Below are positions 13,782 to 28,500 of a DNA stretch of 64,000 nucleotides, piece by piece. Source of the stretch: Lingula anatina (Eukaryota; Animalia; Brachiopoda); NCBI GenBank assembly GCA_051362555.1, contig CM120641.1, positions 6,510,001-6,574,000 of the forward strand, given 5' to 3'. The position numbers and the translations under genes were made by a program. The notes under the pieces were generated by a model. It saw only the letters and a list, made by a program, of their open reading frames with translations. It was not told the origin of the DNA and made no database searches. Position 1 is the first letter of the stretch, and each line of letters begins with the position of its first letter.

Positions 13782-15726
13782 GACCAAAGATTTTTTGAGC
13801 ATAAAAATTCTTGATGATCATTCCACAGATGAGGCAAAACTCGGGAGGGAGTATATTTCACACAAAGCAGAATTGATGTTGGTCGTTATGATGAAACTTT
13901 ATTACGAAGTGATATATCAAACCCATACAAAATAATTGTTTTTGTATGGGTGCTGTCTTCCAGCTCTGATGAAGAATTGAATTCCTATTTACTAAATAAT
14001 TCCAGATAAAATGTTACGCTATTACATAAAGAGTTGGTCCTCCTGTTTGAAGATAGTTTGTGCTGATGTTGCCATTTGCAGAAGCTTGATCCTTCATGCT
14101 TGTACATAAAATATTCCTCAAAGAACTGTCATACCAATTTTTTATTTGTTTGTTGGTGATTTAACAATAGAAAAAAAATCAAAAATTGATTAACCTGTAG
14201 GCTGCACGGCTTGGAAGACGTAACCATGAGACTGTATTGTTACACAGTAGTTAGCACATATAACTGGATTAATAGACTGAATAAAAAGGTCTGAGACAAA
14301 TACAACAAACAAAAAAATTTGAAGACAAGTATGATCTGAAGAGCTTATTTAACACAGAATAACAATATTTTTATTGTATTAATTACTGATAAATTGTTAG
14401 GAAAAATCAGTCAATGTAACAGTGGAGTTGATATGAAGATTCCAGACGAAAATCCAGAATAACACTTTGCAGTTTGTTTTACTACATTATCCTAGAAATA
14501 TGTCTATGTTGGCTTCCTTCAATTGGTGTACTCGACATTCCAAGAACTTTTATCTTGGTTCAGAAAAAGGTAGAAGATAAAAATATATTTTACAGTATAT
14601 AAGACATGTTGATGCTTTTTCCTTCTGGCTTTAAATGTATGTAATGTAGCATTCATATAGACATCTTCAGATGGAAATTTTATTGATATTGTATAAATAT
14701 AAAAGCTTTAAGAAGACTGGAAGAAAATTTGTTCCACACCATTGCAACATTCACCAATAGTGCTGTGGTTAGTGTTGAATTTACTTAAGACTGTAAAACC
14801 AATGTAACTTAACTCCCTTGCAAGATTAGGATATTGTGGATTGAGCTTTACCTCAATAACTTACATGGGTTAGAAGTGTGAGTGAATGTTATGTAAATGA
14901 GTTTTTGATATTAATATAATATATGTTTTTCACTGATAATCCTGTATAGATGTGCCATTATTATGGATTTATGATAATCAGGAGAAAATGACAAAAAGCA
15001 CAAATCACCTTAAAAATTTTTATGATGCTCAATGTCCCACTTAGGCTAATGTGATGCATCGCTTCCCAAGTTTGTTACATTACATATTCAGTACAGTTAA
15101 TCCTGCAAATTAAAACAAAATGAAAATTTTGTGGAAAAAAAAAAACATTAAGCCAATATTGTAATTATTCGTATAAAAAAGGAACAGCTTGATTTTTACC
15201 AAAGTATATGAAATCTTTCTTGAACAAAAACTTATTTTTATGTTAAAAGATCACTAAATATCACAACAATATTTAGATATTTGCAATATCAATATTAAAA
15301 GAAGTTCTTGGTCTGTCTCTCTTGAACAGAGCAAGGTCTATTTCTTTGTGTACATTTTGGAAATATTTTTGAACATTACAAGTATATGTTGTGATGCTAC
15401 AGTGGATATATTATCGCTATTAGTCATTGTGATTATATAATTTGGTCATTGCATTGATATATTGACCATTTTTTCCTCTTCTACAATATCAGCATTATTA
15501 ACTCTTTACTGTTAGATTATATATAGCAGTACACTCCATACCTTAGGGATCTTAACAAATACTTTGTGGAGAAATAAATTGTATATTTTTATGAAAACTT
15601 TGACTTACTTTATCTGATAGTTCAGGACTTGTTATAAAATTATAGGTATACTTGATGTTATAAAAAAATTTCATATGTTTTATTGTATGGTATCAGTTCT
15701 AATGTGGCTTCCTTGCATACCATGTG

Positions 15727-15880
15727 CAGTGGTGATGCGGGGGTGGGGGTCTAGGGAGATCCTAACCCCCCTCCTTCACCAGGCCCCAAACCCACACCAA
15801 AGTAGAGGGGGGTAAGAGTCAGCTTAGCATCTGCGGACCCCCCCCCCCCACCCCTTCAAATAATCCTGGGTCCATCCCTG
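15727..15880. mobile_element. Short non-autonomous DNA transposon (MITE) in the putative megalin 3' UTR
   Basis: GC-rich island that starts CAGTGG and ends AATCCTGGGTCCATCCCTG. It is flanked by the direct repeat ATGTG (15722-15726 and 15881-15885), and its right end resembles the TIR of the element at 63617. Confidence 0.6.
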
Positions 15881-16337
15881 ATGTGCAGTATAGTCACCAA
15901 AACAGGGGTGCCCTGAAATGTGTGCATCCCTAATACTTCCAGACTTGCTCTGCTTTGAAATAGTCTTGGTTTACATAAATTGATACTTGTTCTGTTTTTC
16001 ACTGCATCTCTAAATTAGCTAGGTATTAGATTGGTTTGCAGTTTGAATTGTATATGACAAATTAAAAGTGCTTTCTGCATGATTCTCATGCATACTAAAA
16101 CCACTGCATAGATGTGACGATTTTAAGGGATAATAACTGCTCATTTTGGCCAAAATTGGATTTTTCTGAGGTAAAAGACAATTTCCCATATTTACCAATG
16201 GTTAATTAATCCATTCCTATATTCAAAATTAGTCCCTGTAAACATGAATGGTACTTATCTGGTGTAGGTCAATGTTTTCCTGTCTAATTTTTATTTACGA
16301 AAAAATCATAAACAAAGTAATGAATTAGATTATGGAA

Positions 16338-16420
16338 AATAAAATGAAACTGAAAAACTGGACAAAGTATTTTAATAAACATCAAAAACAAGTGTTTTAA
16401 TTGATCTCTTGTTTGTTTTA
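16338..16420 (+). terminator. Probable megalin polyadenylation signal(s)
   Basis: AATAAA at 16338 and 16374, followed by a GT/T-rich tract (ttgtttgtttta). This would imply a ~2.6 kb 3' UTR; earlier AATAAA-like sites also exist. Confidence 0.45.
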
Positions 16421-16739
16421 TATTTATTTATTATTTTATTGTTATTATGACTATTTTCGTACAATTTCAGTCGGAAGCACTTTGCTTGATATATTCTTAA
16501 TAATCTGGACGAGAATACCCCCCCCTCCCCCCATCTTTGTCATTTTAAAATATTATTAATCCGTCCTTAAAATTTTGCATATAGGGCCTAATTCAGGAAA
16601 AAAATATCTAAATGAATAAACTGTCAATATCAAATATACATACTGGTATAATTTGACGTGATTAACGTAAAAATAGTAAACATTTGTAAAGGTCCCAAAA
16701 AAGTAAATTGTCAATAACTGTAAAGAACATGTGATGTAA

Positions 16740-16980
16740 ATTTCATTTCGCACACCTGTTTCGTCGTTCTCTCCCGGAAGTAGGTCAAGTGCCCAGGTGC
16801 AACAAAAGCAAGATGGCGACTTCTGTAATCTCATAAAATTCAAGGTAAGAGTCGTTGCCAGATTTACGCACATTTACGTAGATGTGATTAATTTGAAATA
16901 CTTATTCTTAGTGAGCCTTTGACAGGTGTGGTTTCAAAGACAGAGGAGGATGATTTGATTAATTGTTTTCGCAGGTAAGT
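16740..16980 (+). promoter_or_regulatory. Putative promoter and non-coding first exon(s) of the Ig/DB/FN3 gene
   Basis: Local CpG enrichment. ETS site CCGGAAGT at 16774-16781 and YY1-like CAAGATGGCG at 16809-16818. Strong donors AAG|GTAAGA (16845) and CAG|GTAAGT (16975). Confidence 0.55.
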
Positions 16981-17585
16981 GACGCAAGGTGTCTTAAAGC
17001 GTCGCCTCTTGTGGTGACAGTAGGCCTACTCAGCCGGACATAGGCAGGTGTAATAGAAGGTTAGGAATACTACGGATTTATTAAGTAGGGTTAAGATTTT
17101 GACGTCTTGTTTCATTCTGAGAGTTTGTACAGGATATGTGAATTTTTGAAGGGATAAACAACACTTGAATGTGTGTGGTTAAGGCTGTATTACTATCATA
17201 ACCCTAATTTGCTATTTGCAGTGTAGCAACGTAAATGATGACCGTGTCATATTTAGAGTAACTAACTCCATTGATCCACTGATGCGCGTACTACCCACAC
17301 TAAGATATTAGCAACCCTTTCTATTGAGTTGGTCCTTTTAATGTTTCCAAGGTCTTGTCTTAATGAAAATGTATGGAATAACAAGAAAACAAAGCCATTG
17401 ATTGCTGGACATTCAAATAAGTCATTGAATTCACATCGGTGTTCTTGGTTAATAGAAATTTGGGTACTTAATTAGCAGTATCTCCTCCCTTCACATATCA
17501 CGAGTAGAAACCTCTCATTTTTAGTGTTTTTTAGATTTCAGATATGTGGTGATTTTGATCAATGTCTCAAGCTGCTTTTCAAATA

Positions 17586-17610
17586 TGTGTGTGTGTGTGT
17601 GTGTGTGTGT
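17586..17610. repeat. (TG)n microsatellite
   Basis: Directly visible. Confidence 0.9.
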
Positions 17611-20509
17611 AAATAACCTTTTTTTGTTTTTATAATATTAACTTTTAAGTTTTTTGACCACTGACATTTTCACCCTTGGGATGACCTGAATCCTCTAACC
17701 CTCACATAACATGATGGGCTCGAAGTTTTTAGTAAAAATATTTTTAAAAAACAGTATGTTAAATGTCAACCTGATTCATTTGAATAGTAGAAACATTGCT
17801 CAAAGTCACCACCTACGTAAGTTAGTTTAGAAATATGTTGAAAACCAAAGACTTATAAGGTGGTGGGGATACTGCAAAAGTACCAAAATATGCAACACCG
17901 ACCACAACTGATTATAAGGCACAGGTAAAATATGGTTAAGACTGTATTTGGGTAATGTATAATTTACTTACAGGCTCGTCCTTAATCAGAAAACTAATTA
18001 TGTTTAATCTCCCTTTTACATCTTTTTCATCATGCAATCTGGAATATTGCTTAATTGGCTTTAAATGAGTATACATAAACATGCATGTTTTTGCTATTAT
18101 GATCTTAGTCACAGTGTATAACCACATTTACCACAAAGATATGAGTGTGCACTGTGCAAAATTTACATTTTGATGATGTAACGTGATCATTGCATGTCAT
18201 TGACAATTGAAGCCCAAAAGCTACACAGAAGCAATTTACAGTACCTGTCACAAGATTTGCTAAAAAAATCTTTATCATACCTTGATATTTTGCTTGTCTC
18301 AAGTAATATAAACAAGACTTAAACTGCTGTAATTCAAAGATGAATTTCAGTGAGAGATTAGTACATGACATGGTGACTTGCCATTAATCAAAGTGCATAG
18401 AGAGTGTGACTGTTAGCTATTCTTTTGTTGATTTATTTTGGAAAGGGTCATAATACACCAATACTTATATATATATATGTGTGTGTGTTTGTTTGTGTGT
18501 AGCTATAACACTGAAAAAGCGCACATACATGTATGATATATACAATACATAGTATGATATGGTATGATATGGTGCATGTTGCTACTGTTAGGTAGCTAAA
18601 CCCTTATTATTGTACCACCAGCCTGAACACTGGAGGCAGGCATGGTTTTTATCTCCTAGTTATATAATACTTCAGACAAGTTTTCAGTTTTTGTTTGTGC
18701 TGAATTTCACTCTCCTTCCTTATCAAACCTGGAGGTCTGTTTCTATAAATTCTCTACACAAGCAGTATATGCATTTTTGATCAATACAGTCTGTTGCTCA
18801 GACGGCATGGCGTACTTAAAACCAATTTCTTTGATAGCTACATATGTACTACCTGCACTGTCAAGGAGGATCTTCCCCAGTAGCCCTGTGCTACTTGGTT
18901 TCGAAAAAAATTTCAAATGCTGCATTCTAAAAGTCAGTCCCCCCATTCTAAAAGTCAGTCCACTGAGTAGGTTAATTTGAAGGATTACATATAAGTGCTA
19001 AGAAGTTGGCATTTTGTTAACAATAGAACTTTCCATCTATATATAAGTCTAGAAACCTTACATAAAGGGACAAATTTGGAGGTGACCCCCCCAGCGGGTC
19101 ATGCAATTCTTCATGTAAGTGCATTGCCTATGCATATAACACTCCTGTGCACTCAAAGGTACATGAGCCTGCGTGACACATGTGCGTGTGCACCCACCTA
19201 CGCGTGGTCATACTCATCTACTCATGTGTTTAACGGCCATTTTGGTTTGGCTAATATTTGATAATGTCAATTAAATAAAGTATTAGACTGTTGAGGGGCA
19301 TGATAGGGGTTTTGAGATCAATTTGATATCTAAGAGGGAAGTAGGATGAAAGGTGTGGTATACGGCTTGGCGTCAACATGTTTAACTGGAGGGAATATAA
19401 TTAAATAGGAGCACTTTTTTGACAAAATCTGACATAAACCATATTTTGTCCTTCACGAAGAGATTTTAATTAAAGAAATGGTACATCACTTATCGATGAA
19501 GCAGACTTGATGTTCAGTGCAGTAACTGGAATTATTACTCTTTAACTTTTTTTTGCTTATGAATACTTAATCATTTGACACAATAAAACTAATGTGCACC
19601 AGTTTTGATAAGGATGTTACAATTATATTGATGTATGTGGAATATCCTGCTCTTCTATCATATATGCATCCTCAGTAGTTTTAAAAGGGTGATAATTTGT
19701 TTAAAAGTTTACCTCTTAAAATTTTGTTAAAATTCAAAATAACTTAATAACAAAAAAATTTAATTTGATGAGAAAAAAAATCATAATGCACAATTCAGTA
19801 AGCTTTGATATCACCTTTCAAGGGATAAAAAAAAAGAGCAAAATTGGTTCTTTAAAAAATGAACTATCATATCCTTCTTTGTGTATCATACTTGAAAGAC
19901 GTGATACTTTTTTGTCGTTACCTTGTGCAGTTAAAATTGATGGCATTGTTTATAGAACATATTGAATTTTTCAAAAGAAGTGGGTGGTTAATCCAAAAAC
20001 ATACAAAAGAAGAAAATTGTGGTTGAACTGATTGAGGCCCTCTTTCTTCAATACGATATCCAACCCATAACCCTTGGAAAACCAACAGTAATTTTCAAGT
20101 TTCTTTAAAAACAGAGAAAAAAACTTAGGTAGAAATGAGTTCTCTGATGAAAGCCAGGAAATGGTAAAATGAATAAGATGGTGAATAGAAACTTTGTAAC
20201 TTGATACTACACCTGTAGAATTAAAAAGAATGTAAGTGCAGTTTCGAAGAGGAAAATTTATCTACCTTGAATGGTTGAGCAATTATCAAAAAAAGGGGGT
20301 GCCAGGCACATCAGTCCCTGATTTTCTATAGATATATATCCAGTGACTGAGTCTTTTTAATGGAATTTGTTTCGAAGGATTAGTGTAATAGAGTATAATA
20401 AAGGTAACCACTTGAATTCTTCACACCCAGCCTGCAGTTGGATTGTAGGGAATGGTGAAGAAAGGCACGATACAGTAAACATGTACGTATGAACGACATC
20501 ACACGTATA

Positions 20510-20513
<4 letters not shown>

Positions 20514-20591
<78 letters not shown>
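20514..20591. repeat. (TA)n microsatellite
   Basis: Directly visible run of about 39 units. Confidence 0.97.
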
Positions 20592-20599
<8 letters not shown>

Positions 20600-22266
20600 A
20601 ATAATATACATGTATAAACTGGTACGTGTGTGTGCGTGCGTGTGTTAGATACAATGTGTATATATGATGGTGATTATGTACAAAATTTATTCAACATAAA
20701 AACACATTGGCAATATTTGCATTAAAGTTTAGATTTCATGATTTATCAACATCAAATTAGCATTGATGAGATTTAAATTGCTAGATAATGGTTTTTTGAT
20801 GCTATGAACATGTTATTAGTTATAATAGAAAAAGTTAAGTGAGGTATGACATGTGTTTTTAGAGCTAAAATTATATTAGTCTTTTTTTCATGTAATGACC
20901 GGATGGTAAGGCATGTAAATGATAAGTTAAATATTTATATAAATATAATACAGGGTGGATCAAAACTGGTAACTTTACATTTTTTGTCAGTGTAAAATCA
21001 ACACAAAGCACTGTTGTTAATGAAATTTATTTATTTATTTAGTTTATTTGTGTAATTTGTATGTTAGATATTTGTCTCTTGCCTTGCATATTGATTACTT
21101 GTAGTTAATTATTATGTTTTAAATTGTGCCAGATTCCATGTTGTCCTTACATTTCCTTGTATAAAGATCAAATCTATTTTGAGAGAAGTATTTAAATATA
21201 ATACAGAGACTATAGCAAATAAGGAAAAGTAACCACAAAAGTAAGGAATAAAGGGATGCCCATGTGAATAACAGACTTAGACTGCTGATAAGACAAGATG
21301 GAATGGGATATGATCCCCTATCAAACAAGTAGGTTTAGCCAGGAGTACATCAAGAAATAAAATCAAGATGGGTAGAAAGGACTCGGTGTGTTTTTGGCAA
21401 CCATTGGAATAGGTTGCAGGATATGTGGGCAGAGTGCACAGTCCTGCAACTTACAAATTGTGTCAGCATACGCAGTCAGGTTGATCACCTGCACTTTGAT
21501 TTCAATTATTGATCTTGTTATTGAACTTCCGTCTGTTGCCCCCCTGGAGATGAAAATGCCATGTATTGTTTGCATGTCAGCAACTATTTCCCTGATCATG
21601 TTTTCCGATGGGCCACAAAGATAGTGGTGTCATAACTGATGAGGCAGGAAGCAAGGTTTGGGAACCCACAGTGCCCCCCACACTCACACAATAAGTGACA
21701 ACTTTACAGTTGTGAACCTACTCCAGGGAGAGATTGAACACAAACTTGTGGTCATGACATCACACAATATTCGTGTCAAGATAAATCAAGTTTTTTTTCT
21801 TCTTTTAATATAGTGGGTGTTTATTGATTTGTTTCAAATTGTTCCTCTATTAAAGGTACATAATATTGGCAAATAGGATCAGCGTTTGAGTTTGAAAAGT
21901 TCACATGATTTGAAAGGAATAACCTGTGTGGTCTAAGGAAAACAGATTTTAAAGTTCAAGGGTGATTGTGAAGCTTTATACAAACCTCCATTTATCATAC
22001 TCTAAAATGTCACTTTCATCATGTTATGTTCCTTTTTGATCAAGACAGCTTTTGACCAAAATCTTTTAAGCCCAATATTCTTGGAAGCCTTTAAGTGATG
22101 ATCTAAACACTTCTCTCCTTCTATTACAGATATGGCTTAGAAAAACTTCTAGATGACTCCTGCTTGGATAGATGTGATAGGAGCAGTGTATAGCTGACAT
22201 CACTATAGTATTGCTTGATTCTAGAGTCTGTGACCAGTACTTGGCACAGTTGATATAACCCACACC

Positions 22267-22433
22267 ATGGACACCAAGGTACGTTGGTCAACTTCTAAAT
22301 TAAATGATTTGTCACTTACTAGTTGGAATGGTAGTGATTTGGTTATTATTGCCAATGTGTTTGTTTTAAAGGGCAAGAAAACCAAAGTTTACATTTACTT
22401 TCATGTTATAAAATCTGTATGTATATATGCAAC

Positions 22434-22505
<72 letters not shown>

Positions 22506-25500
22506 ACTAAGGCACTACAGCAACATTTAAAACAAACCAACAATTAATCACATTGTGTTCTACTTTGTGATTTATAGCACTAATGTGCCAGAGATAAGTT
22601 ATTTTTTCATATTTGTGGGTTGAAAAGAGACCACCATTTTTTCCTTTTTTATTTGATCAATGTTTATCATAACTAAGTCTTTTGCTTATAAAGAATATAT
22701 TAGATCTTTTTATCAACATGTAACAAATTAATTAATATCATTATAATTGCAGATCTCTTTTGCTTTTTTTGTCTGAATTATATAGTTGTTCTTTCAAAAT
22801 TTTGAAAATGTCAAACAACCACAAAATATTCTTTTATTTTATATTTTATTACTCGTTCAACAAGAATTCTATTAGTTAAGTCAGTGAACAGGAACATATA
22901 TGTAAACTAACATCATAATCTCAAATTGCTACTTATCAACAAAATTTCAGTAATGTTTTTCTATATGTCAATGAATTAGCAAACAACGCTATGGAATGCA
23001 TTTTGTGGAATGCTATTATAGTTTAAACTAATTTTAGATTTGGTAGTATTTAAGAACAGACAATTGCTAATATTTTACTATTTTAGGTATGTATGTGTCT
23101 TTACTAGTTTTTTAAAAAATCTTTGTTTTGTCTGAAACTTTTTTGTGGAAGATTGCAATAACTAATTCCCTTCTATGTATTCATTTCAAAGCATTTCCAG
23201 TCTTGTCAGTTCATGTCAAACAGGATTTACATCAGATAGATGAGTCATATTTATGTTATAAAAATGTAAAACATTTCTATTAATGTCAGTTTTTGTCAAT
23301 GCAATTCACATTAGAATATTTCATCTCCACTGAACTTCATCAAGACGGACCTGAAAAACAAATTATATTTTATGAGGAATTATTTTTCTCTCTTTTATGT
23401 TGTAAATGAGTTTTCATTTAGATAATTAGTCGGTTACTTTTTGCATGCTTGATTTGAAAGTAAAGACTCCCAGGAGAGAAACTTTCACGGTAGATTATGA
23501 CTTTGTTGGCCATATGTAATATTAATGATATAGGCTTTTAATAAGTTCTTCATTCCAAATAATATAGGTGAGATTGGTTTTTGTTTCGTTTTGCGTTAGA
23601 CAATATTTTTCTCCACAATTTTTTTCTTTTAATTCATTTATTTTATTTTTACATTACTGAAAAATGCCCAGTTTTATAGCATTTTACATTGTCCCTATTA
23701 ATTTATTGCCAGTCTAATTTAATGCGCTCATCCAATGGCTATTAATGTCGACAAAAGAAGTCTTTCAACACCATAACCCAGAACACTGCTATCAATCTAG
23801 CTAGCTGTGTTTTTTTTTCTTACAGAAAAGGTGTCTCATTATTTAACATGTCCTGTCTGCTGTCTGCAGGAGACAACCTGTCTGCCCATAAGCTTCAGGT
23901 GATCAACCTGGCCATGTTTTCCAGTTTTTATATTATATTATATTACCTGTCTTTAATAACCACTGCTGAATGTGCATTTAATTTGCTTCAACCTGTGCTT
24001 TTATTTTGAGTAGGGGGAGGGGGGGGCTTGAATGACTTTCCATGAAGTTTTTATTTTTTGTTTAGGTGGCAGTGTGAATGAAAAAATTTTTCAGCCGAAA
24101 GTTTTTTTTCTAACTTTACTCCAGCCCAGCTGTAAAATATATAAGTGCTTGGAATGGAATTGCTGAGCATTTTTAAGCCGTGATACATGTATTTAATAGG
24201 CAGACAAATCTTGCCTGTACATTACCTGGTCAGTGTATCTGGTATATCCAGAAGCAGTCAATACTGCAAGGTGAGAAGAGGTGAAAGAAAACAAAAGGAG
24301 TGCTGAGTGAGGACTTTGGCTGGATATCAAATTTGCTGCTGGAAGGTTACATTGTTACAGCCTTTTTTCATTCTAGGCACATGAAAAATAACAGATCCAG
24401 CATTTAATGTAGCAATAATATCTTCCATATCATGACTACATATCATGACTACCTTAATTATTACCATGTTGACCTTTATCAGGCGCTGCCCCAGAATCCG
24501 CTCTTTTTTTTTCTGACCTGTACTTTGTGCATGAACAATTTTCCAACCGTGCGCATTACAAATATCCACATTAATTTTCATAGTTTACACAAAGAGGACT
24601 GAAATGGTCTTTGGATTTTCAAGATTCTCTAGGTGGTGGATCCATTTCTCCCAGGTGACCGCAGGAAATACCCTATGTTTTCTAGTCAGTTACTGTAGCA
24701 TTGCATTGTCCCACTCAGACCAAAATTTGCATTTCTAACCAGATAAGATCAGTGGAATAAAAGATGGCTGAATTTGAGAGCTTTGATATAGGGAATATTT
24801 GACTTTATTGTGCTGTCTATGTGCATCTATACAGATGAAATAGATAAGTTTATTTTAGGTAGGTCTGTGAGCTGTGGGTGGAGTCGGTTATGTTGTTTTT
24901 TAAATGTAAATCCAGTGAAATATTAGTGAAATATGTTATTGACTTGGCAATATTAGGTGTGAACTGTTGTGAAACTTTTTATTGCTGAACTACATTCTTG
25001 TAATATCACACGCTTGTGTAAATGTGTTTTTATTTTCATTTTCTTACAGATTGAAATATCATCTAGTGGGTCTACACAATAATCAAGTCATCTTTAATCT
25101 TTTTGCTTTTCCTTCAGAACTGGAAACTTACAGAGCAGGCAGTGTACAACATGGCCCTGGTGGCTGTGATGACAGCATTGATGGCGGTCCAGTGTGCAGG
25201 TAGGCTATATATCTCCTCTACATCTGGTCATGGTGTCCTACTCCCCATTGTAGACCGGCAACAGATCTAGAGCAATACTAGTAGTAGTGCTATTTGGAAA
25301 TGAAAAAATATATGTATTAAAATTGCCATACATTTGATGGCATTTTCTTGGAATTGTTTGTTTTTCCACACATGCACTAAAAAACTTTGATTCCAGATGT
25401 TGGTCTACAGTATGATAAACCAATAATTTTTGAAAGCGTTTTGAGAACAACAATGTCAGACAGCAGTCTTCGCTGCATTCCCTAAGATCTTAACTGAATG

Positions 25501-28500
25501 TTAAAAATCAACTTAGAAATATAATACATTAGAGTCATCTCTTTAGTCATAGAAGATGTCATCAGATTCAGTAGTCAAACATTCTGAGGAAGATGAACAT
25601 CAATTTGTGTTCCCATCATGCTTTGCAGGACGTCCCCATCCTTCATTTTTGACTCACTACCATTACCCAGTAGGGGTAATACCCCACCCCCTCTCTTATT
25701 GCCAACTGTTAAAATGCTTTTAGCAGCCAAAAGATGTGGAAAAAATGTGACAAGTTTATTGCTTTGGCCACCCATGCAACATGCCCTGGATATAGTTACT
25801 TTTGTTGAATTCTCAACCCAGGTGACTTTTCAGCAAGTTACACGCTGACACATGACAGGTGGCATGCCTGACATGACAGCTGTATTAGGTTGTATGTCAT
25901 ACAGGGCTGACTTTATAAAAGATTGTGTAGAACCTTTCCCTCACCAAACAATAGATATTAATGTGACACTTACATAATAGCTGGATAAGGTAGAAATATG
26001 TAAGAACTTTGTTGACGTAACCACATTTCTGCTTATGGAATTTATATTTTGGGCCATTTTGTCTTTCTTCTACCTGCAAAAACCTCTGCATAGATGTGGA
26101 TTATGATTTATCAACACATTTGCCAATTGTTGAGTAATTATCATGCAAGAATGAAATATCACAATTTTGTTGATTTCATTTAATTAGTAAATTGTTTCTG
26201 CTAAATGAAATGTTACTTGTAATTGATTTTGTATCTGAGTGTTTTGATGGATGTCTGTTGAGGGCATTTCTACTATTTGTAGTATGTCCTGTTTGTGGCA
26301 GTCGAATAACATGTCATTGAGTTTACATGAAAGAGAATAGCAAATGGCAATTTTGGAGTTTCAAGTCTGATTGGAGTGAATTTGAATCCTTGAGTGCATT
26401 AAATAGAGACAAAAAAGGAAAGAAGCTAAATAAAAGTTTACTGGTTGTATGGCTAATTCACATAACTGAGGACTTTAATGCCATTTCCTTGGTGAAAAAT
26501 TCTATCCATTATTGATGTTTTCTAAGAATATCATTGTTAGAAAATGTGCATGCAATAAAAATACAGAGAAAATGGCCAAAAAAGAAAGACATTAGTCAGA
26601 TGAGGAGAAGGTGAAATGGCTTTAAAAACTACCCAAGTAGTGTGCCAAATAGACGTGGAAGAATAGCCACACGTCATGTCTACTTGTTTGAACCTTGGGT
26701 GTACTTATGGAAGTTAGCAATACATGTTAAAGAACATGAGAATGGCCCTTGATTCCTTTGTTATTCCCCTAATATTCTTAAATTAAATCATCAGATTATG
26801 GTGATTGAGGAAATAAGAGGGCGAGAGGGGGTAAGGAGGCTCTATTGTTCACTTAGTTGATTGGAGCCACATTATCTCACTGACCGCTGTCACTAAGCTT
26901 GTATATCATTGTTTAATGTATTTTTTATTGTCAGTCTATCTGATTAAATGGCTACCTATTTTTGTGGTTAACTGTTATACATGCTATCTTTTGGACTAAT
27001 AAAATGGTATTGAAAGATTACTTGATAGGTAAATTATAAAAACAATATATATCATTTTTTAAATTTTTTTTAGACTCCAATTAAAAATTGTTTTAATTAG
27101 CACTGTTACTCTGGCTAATTAGCATTAACAAATAGCCTGTATTGAAGCAAATGCCTTATTTGCCCTTGGCTGTGTGGTGGCCGTGGCAATAAAAAAGGAT
27201 ATTTGATCAACATAATACGGTGAACTATTGTTATGATTTTGTCACTATAAAAAGCCACAAATCTGATGCTTATGGTTTTTCTAATGATATATGGAATCAG
27301 CCCATTTCTTTGAGAACAAAGCTCTTTATCATTATGCTAATGATGAGGTTATGGACTAAGCCAATTAATTACAATAAAACCACAGCTCTTGTTATTTTGC
27401 TGTCGTTAATTTTTGTACCTGACCGAGTACAATAGATCCAGATTACCTGATAAATTGATGGTACCAGTGCTGCTATTAATTAAATTAAATTCAGAAGTTA
27501 ATGTCATTAATTTACAGGAGTCAGTTAATTGGATTAAACAAATTAAAGTGATCTGAAATCTTATATGTGGTACGCTGGTAAGAAAGTTTACCTGAAACTT
27601 AAAGCTACCTGAAATTTACCCGAATCCAATTTATTTCAAAATTTTTTCTAGATAAATAAATAAATTATTACATGACCAAAGAATTGATTTGCACAGGTCA
27701 TAGTGACGTGGACAAACAAAAATTACTTAGAAACTGTGTTTTGTTCAGGCAAATAACTCATGTCTAGTATTACCTTATTAAATTAATATAAGAACTGCTG
27801 GATTATGCTAAGAATAGATTTTAAAAGGTCACAGTGACAGGTGTTGACAATGATTATACAAAGTTTCTACATAGAAAGTCTCTTCTCTAGGTGAACAACT
27901 TATGCCCAGTATTCCCTATCCCATCAGCAAGGAGATCGAGGCTGTGGAAGGCACAGACATTCAGATGGAGTGTTCCGTCAGCAACTTAGGAGAACACGAT
28001 GTAAGTTGTGTGGCAAGCGTGAGTTTCAAAACTCTGGTTGTAAGTCTGTTTTTTTTTTTTTTTTTTCAATGACAAGTTAGTGATAAGTTGTTGTCCTATT
28101 TTAGGGCACAGAAGATACAATACTAGTATATGTCATCGTGCTTGTTATGCAAGTAAAAAGAACATTGACTAGAATGATTGTTAATTTTGTTACAGTGCAC
28201 TGTTCTGTCAAGTAGAACTCTGTTGGGCTGGCAACTTTCTGTGTTGTGATTTAAACTGAATCTTAACTGGTTAATACTTTTTTCAAGGTGAAGACAAATA
28301 CTGTAAAATAGATTTCCATTAACTTAAATACATATTAACATAATGACTTGTTGAATTTATAATTTTGTTGTGATATTATTTATATATATACAATAATGGT
28401 TTGTCAGCAGAATTGCATCAATTTTTTAATCCAAATTGATTTCTTTTAAAGGTTTTGTGGATATTTCTACAGCACAATGCTACGATATCAAGAAACCTAC

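Noticed and set aside
21412-21450. Small stem-loop gttgcagga...tcctgcaac considered as a pre-miRNA
   Set aside because: The stem is only about 14 bp with a bulge, too short for a Drosha/Dicer substrate and expected by chance in 64 kb.
12653-22530. ORFs with [12 protein letters not shown] and THTH runs (12653-12877, 20380-20598, 22267-22530)
   Set aside because: Translations of microsatellites. Only the first four codons of 22267 are plausibly coding.
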